Assembly: GCA_021840255.1 (NCBI GenBank)
Contig: JAKBYX010000011.1
Location: forward strand, 3,015-67,014
Source: Nitrospirota bacterium
GTDB lineage: Bacteria > Nitrospirota > Thermodesulfovibrionia > Thermodesulfovibrionales > JdFR-88
DNA length: 64,000 bases
Direction: 5' to 3'
Shown piece after piece: positions 59,531 through 64,000 of this stretch. A program made the position numbers and the translations under genes. The notes under the pieces were generated by a model. It was not told the origin of the DNA. It was given only the letters and a program-made list of their open reading frames with translations, and made no database searches. Numbering within the stretch: position 1 is the first letter of the stretch; every line of letters starts with the position of its first letter.

Positions 59531-60661
59531 ATGAAAGATTATTACGAAACGCTGGGCGTTGCACGGAACGCCTCCCAGGAAGAGATAAAAAAGGCGTTCA
59601 GGCAGCTGGCCCTCAAATATCACCCGGACAGGAACAACGGACACAAGGAGTTCGAGGAAAAGTTCAAGGAGATAAACGAGGCGTACAGTTGCATTGGCGA
59701 CCCGGCTAAGAGAAGCGACTACGACATCACCGGCCAATGCGGCACCGGCGGGCCCAATTTCGGAGGGTTCGGAGCAGGCGGTTTCGGGGCGACTGGTTTT
59801 GGTGACATCTTCGAAGACATCTTCGGAGAGTTTTTCGGAGCGGCTTTCGGAGGAGGCGGCGGGGGCAGACGCGGCCCTAGGCCCGAAAGAGGCCAGGACC
59901 TCAGATACGATGTCGACATAGACCTGGAGGAGGCCGCCTCGGGAAGAAAGGTATCCGTAAAGGTGCCACGGAGCGTCAACTGCGGCGAGTGCCGCGGAAC
60001 GGGCTCCGCCACCGGCCAGACGGCAACGTGCCCGGAGTGCCACGGGGCCGGTCACATAAGATACCAGCAGGGTTTCTTTTCGGTCAGCCGCGCCTGCGGA
60101 AGATGCCGCGGCGCTGGCAGGATAGTCCAGAAACCCTGTGAAAAATGCCGTGGCACGGGACGCGTGAGAGTGGAAAGGGAGCTTACCATAACCATCCCCG
60201 CGGGGGTTGAGAACAGCATGAGGTTCAGGGTCTCAGGCGAAGGGGAGACGGGCGCGAACGGCGGCCCTCCCGGAGATCTTTATGTGGTCGTTAACATCAG
60301 GGAGCACCCCCAGTTTACCCGGGACGGCGACGATATAGTGTGCGAGCAGTCCGTGTCCTTTGCCCAGGCGGCGCTTGGGGTGGATCTGGAGATAAATACC
60401 CTCTGGGGACCTGAGAAGCTCCATTTCCCGGCAGGCACGCAGCCGGGACAGGTATTCAGGCTGAAAGGCAAGGGTATGCCCCATCTGGGCAAAAAATCAA
60501 AAGGCGACCACGTTGTGGTTGCAAAGGTGCTTATCCCCCAGAAACTTGACGAAAAACAAAGGGAACTCCTCGAAGAGCTTGCCAGGCACGCCGGTGAGCC
60601 CTTTGCCCCCAAAGGGAGCTTGAAAGATAAACTCCGGGGGATATTCGCGGCCGGCAGTTAA
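59531..60661 (+). CDS. dnaJ: Chaperone DnaJ
   Basis: [13 protein letters not shown] region, four CxxCxGxG repeats. Confidence 0.97.
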   Translation: MKDYYETLGVARNASQEEIKKAFRQLALKYHPDRNNGHKEFEEKFKEINEAYSCIGDPAKRSDYDITGQCGTGGPNFGGFGAGGFGATGFGDIFEDIFGEFFGAAFGGGGGGRRGPRPERGQDLRYDVDIDLEEAASGRKVSVKVPRSVNCGECRGTGSATGQTATCPECHGAGHIRYQQGFFSVSRACGRCRGAGRIVQKPCEKCRGTGRVRVERELTITIPAGVENSMRFRVSGEGETGANGGPPGDLYVVVNIREHPQFTRDGDDIVCEQSVSFAQAALGVDLEINTLWGPEKLHFPAGTQPGQVFRLKGKGMPHLGKKSKGDHVVVAKVLIPQKLDEKQRELLEELARHAGEPFAPKGSLKDKLRGIFAAGS

Positions 60662-60670
60662 TTTTTAGAA

Positions 60671-61465
60671 ATGCGCCTTTACTGTCCTGATCTCCCCGAT
60701 TCAGGGACTGTTGAACTCCATGCGGAGGAATTTAATTACGCAAAAAACGTTCTTCGGGCCAGGCACGGGAATGAGATTTTACTTTTCGATGCCAAGGGCA
60801 AAGAGGCGGTAGGTGTGATCACGCGGCTTGACCGGGGCCGCCTTTGCATCCAGATCAACGAGGTATCCAGAAACAATAAAACGCAAAAGGAATCGGCGCT
60901 CGGCATCCGGCTTCTGCAAGGCATACCGAAGGGGCCAAAGATGGACTTTATCGTCCAGAAGGCAACTGAGCTGGGGGTGTCTGAGATCCAGCCGCTGGTG
61001 ACTGGGCGAACCCAGGTGGACATCCGGCTGAAGGAGACCAGGAAGCCGGAGAGGTGGCAAAAAATAGCGGTTGAGGCCGCTAGACAGTGCGGCAGACCGG
61101 TGGCCCCGGTTATAAAAGAGCCGGTGTCCTTCGTTGATTTTTTCAATCTCGATGAGGGCATGAATAGAGGGGCTGGCATAATCTTCTGGGAAAAGGGCGG
61201 CCCCGGACTTAAAGAGCTTGCCGAATTTTTTTTGAATTTTTTGAGCGGGGCTGGCGGTACGCTTGAAGGGGCGGAGGTCAAACACAAAAACAGAAAAATC
61301 TCGCTGGCGGTGGGCCCTGAAGGCGGTTTTTTGGAAGAAGAGGCCGCCCTGGCGGTGGAAAAAGGCTTTTACCTGGCAGGCCTTGGGCCGCGCATACTCA
61401 GGGCCGAGACCGCGGCCATAATGGCGGTGGGTCTGGCGCAGTTCCTGTTCGGGGACATGGGGTAA
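60671..61465 (+). CDS. rsmE: 16S rRNA m3U1498 methyltransferase RsmE
   Basis: VLR, QKATELGV, EAARQCGR, GPEGGF, LGPRILRAETA. Confidence 0.94.
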   Translation: MRLYCPDLPDSGTVELHAEEFNYAKNVLRARHGNEILLFDAKGKEAVGVITRLDRGRLCIQINEVSRNNKTQKESALGIRLLQGIPKGPKMDFIVQKATELGVSEIQPLVTGRTQVDIRLKETRKPERWQKIAVEAARQCGRPVAPVIKEPVSFVDFFNLDEGMNRGAGIIFWEKGGPGLKELAEFFLNFLSGAGGTLEGAEVKHKNRKISLAVGPEGGFLEEEAALAVEKGFYLAGLGPRILRAETAAIMAVGLAQFLFGDMG

Positions 61466-61554
61466 AAAAGCCCTTAAAAACTTTACTCTTTCACTAAACC
61501 CGGGACACTATAAAAATCACATCCGCTTGACAGAAAGCAGCCTGAATTGTTTAA

Positions 61555-61588
61555 CTTAACGCTGTTAATATTAAATATAAGCGTTAAG
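61555..61588. promoter_or_regulatory. Inverted repeat, probable TetR operator over the promoter (TTGACA at 61527)
   Basis: cttaacgct-N16-agcgttaag immediately upstream of the tetR-family gene. Confidence 0.6.
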
Positions 61589-61608
61589 ATATTTTTAAAA
61601 ATAAAAAA

Positions 61609-62220
61609 ATGGGAATAAAAGAGAAGAGGGCGAGGTACAAAGAGGAGTTCCGCCGGGAGATACTTGATGCGGCCAGGGAGCTTTTTATAACCGAAGGGTA
61701 TGAAAAGTTCTCCATGCGCAGACTCGCGGAAAAAATAGATTATTCGCCTACCACTATCTACCTTTATTTCAGAGGCAGGGACGACCTGCTTTTTGCCATC
61801 TGCGAGGAGTTTTTCGGAAATTTTTCCGCGCAGCTGGACCGCATCAGAACGGTTTTCCCCCAGGATCCTGTGGAGACCCTTCGCCATGCCCTCCTTCATT
61901 TAATGAATTTCGGGCTTGAAAACCCTAATCAGTACAAGTTGATCTTTTTCACGAAGAGTGTTTACGGGACCAGGGAAGAGCTGGTCAAAAAAGAATCCAT
62001 GGCCAGGAACACCTATTTCGCCTTAAAGGAGATGGTGCAGGACTGCATTGACGCAGGGGAACTGAAGGACATGGATGTGGAGGTAATGGTGGATACCCTG
62101 GCCATAGCATCCCACGGACTGATAGCCAAGACCATATACGGCGCAACCGTCCCCAAAGATAGAAGCGGCACTGTAGCGCTTACCCTGGCCGATGTTTTGC
62201 TGCAGGGATACCGGAAGTAA
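61609..62220 (+). CDS. TetR/AcrR family regulator
   Basis: ILDAARELF..GY...SMRRLA..I.YSPTTIYLYF HTH. Confidence 0.93.
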   Translation: MGIKEKRARYKEEFRREILDAARELFITEGYEKFSMRRLAEKIDYSPTTIYLYFRGRDDLLFAICEEFFGNFSAQLDRIRTVFPQDPVETLRHALLHLMNFGLENPNQYKLIFFTKSVYGTREELVKKESMARNTYFALKEMVQDCIDAGELKDMDVEVMVDTLAIASHGLIAKTIYGATVPKDRSGTVALTLADVLLQGYRK

Positions 62221-62263
62221 AAAAGTAAAAATAGTATTTTCCAAAAAACAAAAAAACAAAAAG

Positions 62264-63829
62264 ATGAATAACGAAAGTCTGGAAGCTGGCAGCGTAAATA
62301 AGTGGCTTGTCGCCCTGACGGTCATAACCGGGACGATAATGAGCGCCCTGGACACAAGCATTGTGAACGTTGCGCTGCCATACATGAGGGGCAACCTTGG
62401 GGTCAGCGTGGAGGAGATAACCTGGGTCGCCACCGGCTACATGCTTTCAAGCGTGATAATCATGCCTATAGTGGGCATGCTTTCCTCACGCTACGGACGG
62501 AAAAGGCTTTACATGGCCAACATATTTCTTTTTACCGCAAGCTCCTTCATGTGCGGCATTTCATGGAACCTGTCCTCTCTTGTCTTCTTCAGGATAATGC
62601 AGGGCATCGGCGGAGGAGCGATAATACCCGTATCCCAGGCCATACTGAGGGAGAGTTTCCCGCCGGAGGAGCAGGGGTTGGCCATGGGTATATACGGGTT
62701 CGGCGTGGTGCTTGGACCGGCCTTCGGCCCCACAATCGGAGGCTGGTTAACGGACAATTATTCCTGGCCATGGATATTCTTCATCAATATACCCATCGGC
62801 ATCATAAACATGTTACTGGTGGCCCGGTTCCTGCACGACCCCCCGTATCTGAAGAGGGAGAAGGGCAAGATAGATTTCACGGGGCTCTGGCTGCTGGTGA
62901 TCGGGCTTGGAGCCCTTCAGCTCATGCTTGAAAAGGGGGAGCAGAAGGACTGGTTCCAATCAGGCTTGATAGTCTGGCTTGCCGTGGCCGCTTTTGCCGG
63001 TCTCTTGCTCTTCATCTGGAGGGAGCTCGCGGCGGAAAGGCCAGCGGTGGACCTGCGGCTGCTTAAAAACCTGCCTTTTGCCTCAGGCACGATGATAGGG
63101 GGAGTTCTGGGCATGGGGCTATACGGCAGCCTGTTTATCCTGCCGCTTTTTCTACAGCAGCTGCTTGGTTACCCGGCCTTCGATTCGGGGCTTGTGCTCA
63201 TGCCCAGGAGCCTGGCCATGGCTGTGATGATGCCCGTCGCGGGGAGGCTTTATAACAGGCTTGGCCCCAAGGTGCTGATAAGCCTGGGGCTCATAATGAC
63301 CGCTTTTTCATTCTGGCAGCTTTCAACCATGTCGCTTGATGTGGGGTTCTGGGACCTCTTCATACCCCAATCTCTGCAGGGCGCGGGCTTCGGCATGGTC
63401 TTTGTGGCCCTGACCACGGCGGCTCTGGCCACCATAAAAAAGAGCGAGATGACCGCCGCAAGCGGGCTTTATAATGTCGTGCGGCAGGTTTTCGGCAGCG
63501 TCGGCATCGCCGCCACCGCCACGGAGCTTACGCGGGGAGAGCAGATATTCAGGGCCAATCTCGTGGGAGACATCACACCTTACAGCGCAAACACCTCCAA
63601 TTTCGTGCATGCGATGACGGGCGCAATGGCGCGGCAGGGTGGAGGCCCGGCAATCGCAAGATATAAGGCGCTCAATATAGTGAACGGGCAGCTCCAGAGG
63701 CAGGCATCGATGCTTTCCTATAACCACGTCTTCTGGCTTGTAATGGTCCTTTTCGTCTTCTCCATCCCCCTTGTGCTCCTTTTAAGGGGAGGACAGGCGC
63801 CTGGGGAAAGAGAAATAATAGTTGATTAA
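62264..63829 (+). CDS. DHA2 family (EmrB/QacA) MFS efflux permease
   Basis: LDTSIVNVALP, WVATGY, RIMQGIGGG, GP..GPTIGGW, WPWIFFINIPIG, LEKG..DWF.S. Confidence 0.93.
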   Translation: MNNESLEAGSVNKWLVALTVITGTIMSALDTSIVNVALPYMRGNLGVSVEEITWVATGYMLSSVIIMPIVGMLSSRYGRKRLYMANIFLFTASSFMCGISWNLSSLVFFRIMQGIGGGAIIPVSQAILRESFPPEEQGLAMGIYGFGVVLGPAFGPTIGGWLTDNYSWPWIFFINIPIGIINMLLVARFLHDPPYLKREKGKIDFTGLWLLVIGLGALQLMLEKGEQKDWFQSGLIVWLAVAAFAGLLLFIWRELAAERPAVDLRLLKNLPFASGTMIGGVLGMGLYGSLFILPLFLQQLLGYPAFDSGLVLMPRSLAMAVMMPVAGRLYNRLGPKVLISLGLIMTAFSFWQLSTMSLDVGFWDLFIPQSLQGAGFGMVFVALTTAALATIKKSEMTAASGLYNVVRQVFGSVGIAATATELTRGEQIFRANLVGDITPYSANTSNFVHAMTGAMARQGGGPAIARYKALNIVNGQLQRQASMLSYNHVFWLVMVLFVFSIPLVLLLRGGQAPGEREIIVD

Positions 63830-63867
63830 TCTCTCATTTGCCTGAAAATATCCTTGAGGGGGAAGAG

Positions 63868-64000
63868 ATGGGAAAAGAAAAAGAAAAGGAAAAAATCCTG
63901 ATAACCATAGCAAGGCAGTTTGGAAGCGGCGGCTCCTTTATAGGGAAGTCGTTGGCCGGGAGACTGGGTTTCAGGTACTTTGACAGGGAGATACTGAGGC
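63868..64000 (+). CDS. Cytidylate kinase-like family protein, 5' part (runs off the window end)
   Basis: ITIARQFGSGG..IG..LA.RLGF.YFDREIL; GAGGGGG SD. Confidence 0.8.
   Translation, partial: MGKEKEKEKILITIARQFGSGGSFIGKSLAGRLGFRYFDREILR

Overview
64 kb of mostly core chromosome from a Gram-negative, probably anaerobic sulfur-cycling bacterium. Gene content and order suggest Nitrospirota/Thermodesulfovibrionia or a related deltaproteobacteria-like lineage (inference). In order it holds: the 3' end of a uvrA, mtnA, a polyprenyl synthase, amrA, a DUF4388-J-like-TPR protein, a bactofilin, moaC and a tolQRAB-cpoB operon without pal. Next is a dissimilatory sulfur locus (dsrC, dsrT-dsrM-dsrK-dsrJ with no dsrO/P, a ferredoxin, and a convergent dsrH-dsrE-dsrF-tusA operon). 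After that come rpsU-yqeY-nif3-dnaG-rpoD-tRNA(CAT), a zinc-ribbon protein, rnhA, late cobalamin genes (cobU, cobC, cobQ, cbiB, cobD), a DUF3373-type outer-membrane protein, ftsEX-envC-ctpA and an exonuclease-CooT-LipM cluster. The window ends with pilBTCSR, purBS, typA, ornithine decarboxylase-speE, CIRCE-hrcA-grpE-dnaK-dnaJ-rsmE and TetR-MFS. The two most interesting signals are (i) the terminator-bounded DsrTMKJ unit facing a divergent DsrHEF-TusA sulfur relay, and (ii) an 88-bp structured direct repeat that supplies a hairpin-embedded Shine-Dalgarno to both cobU and cobQ. No CRISPR array, transposase, integrase or rRNA was seen. All protein calls come from motif recognition by eye; no database search was run.
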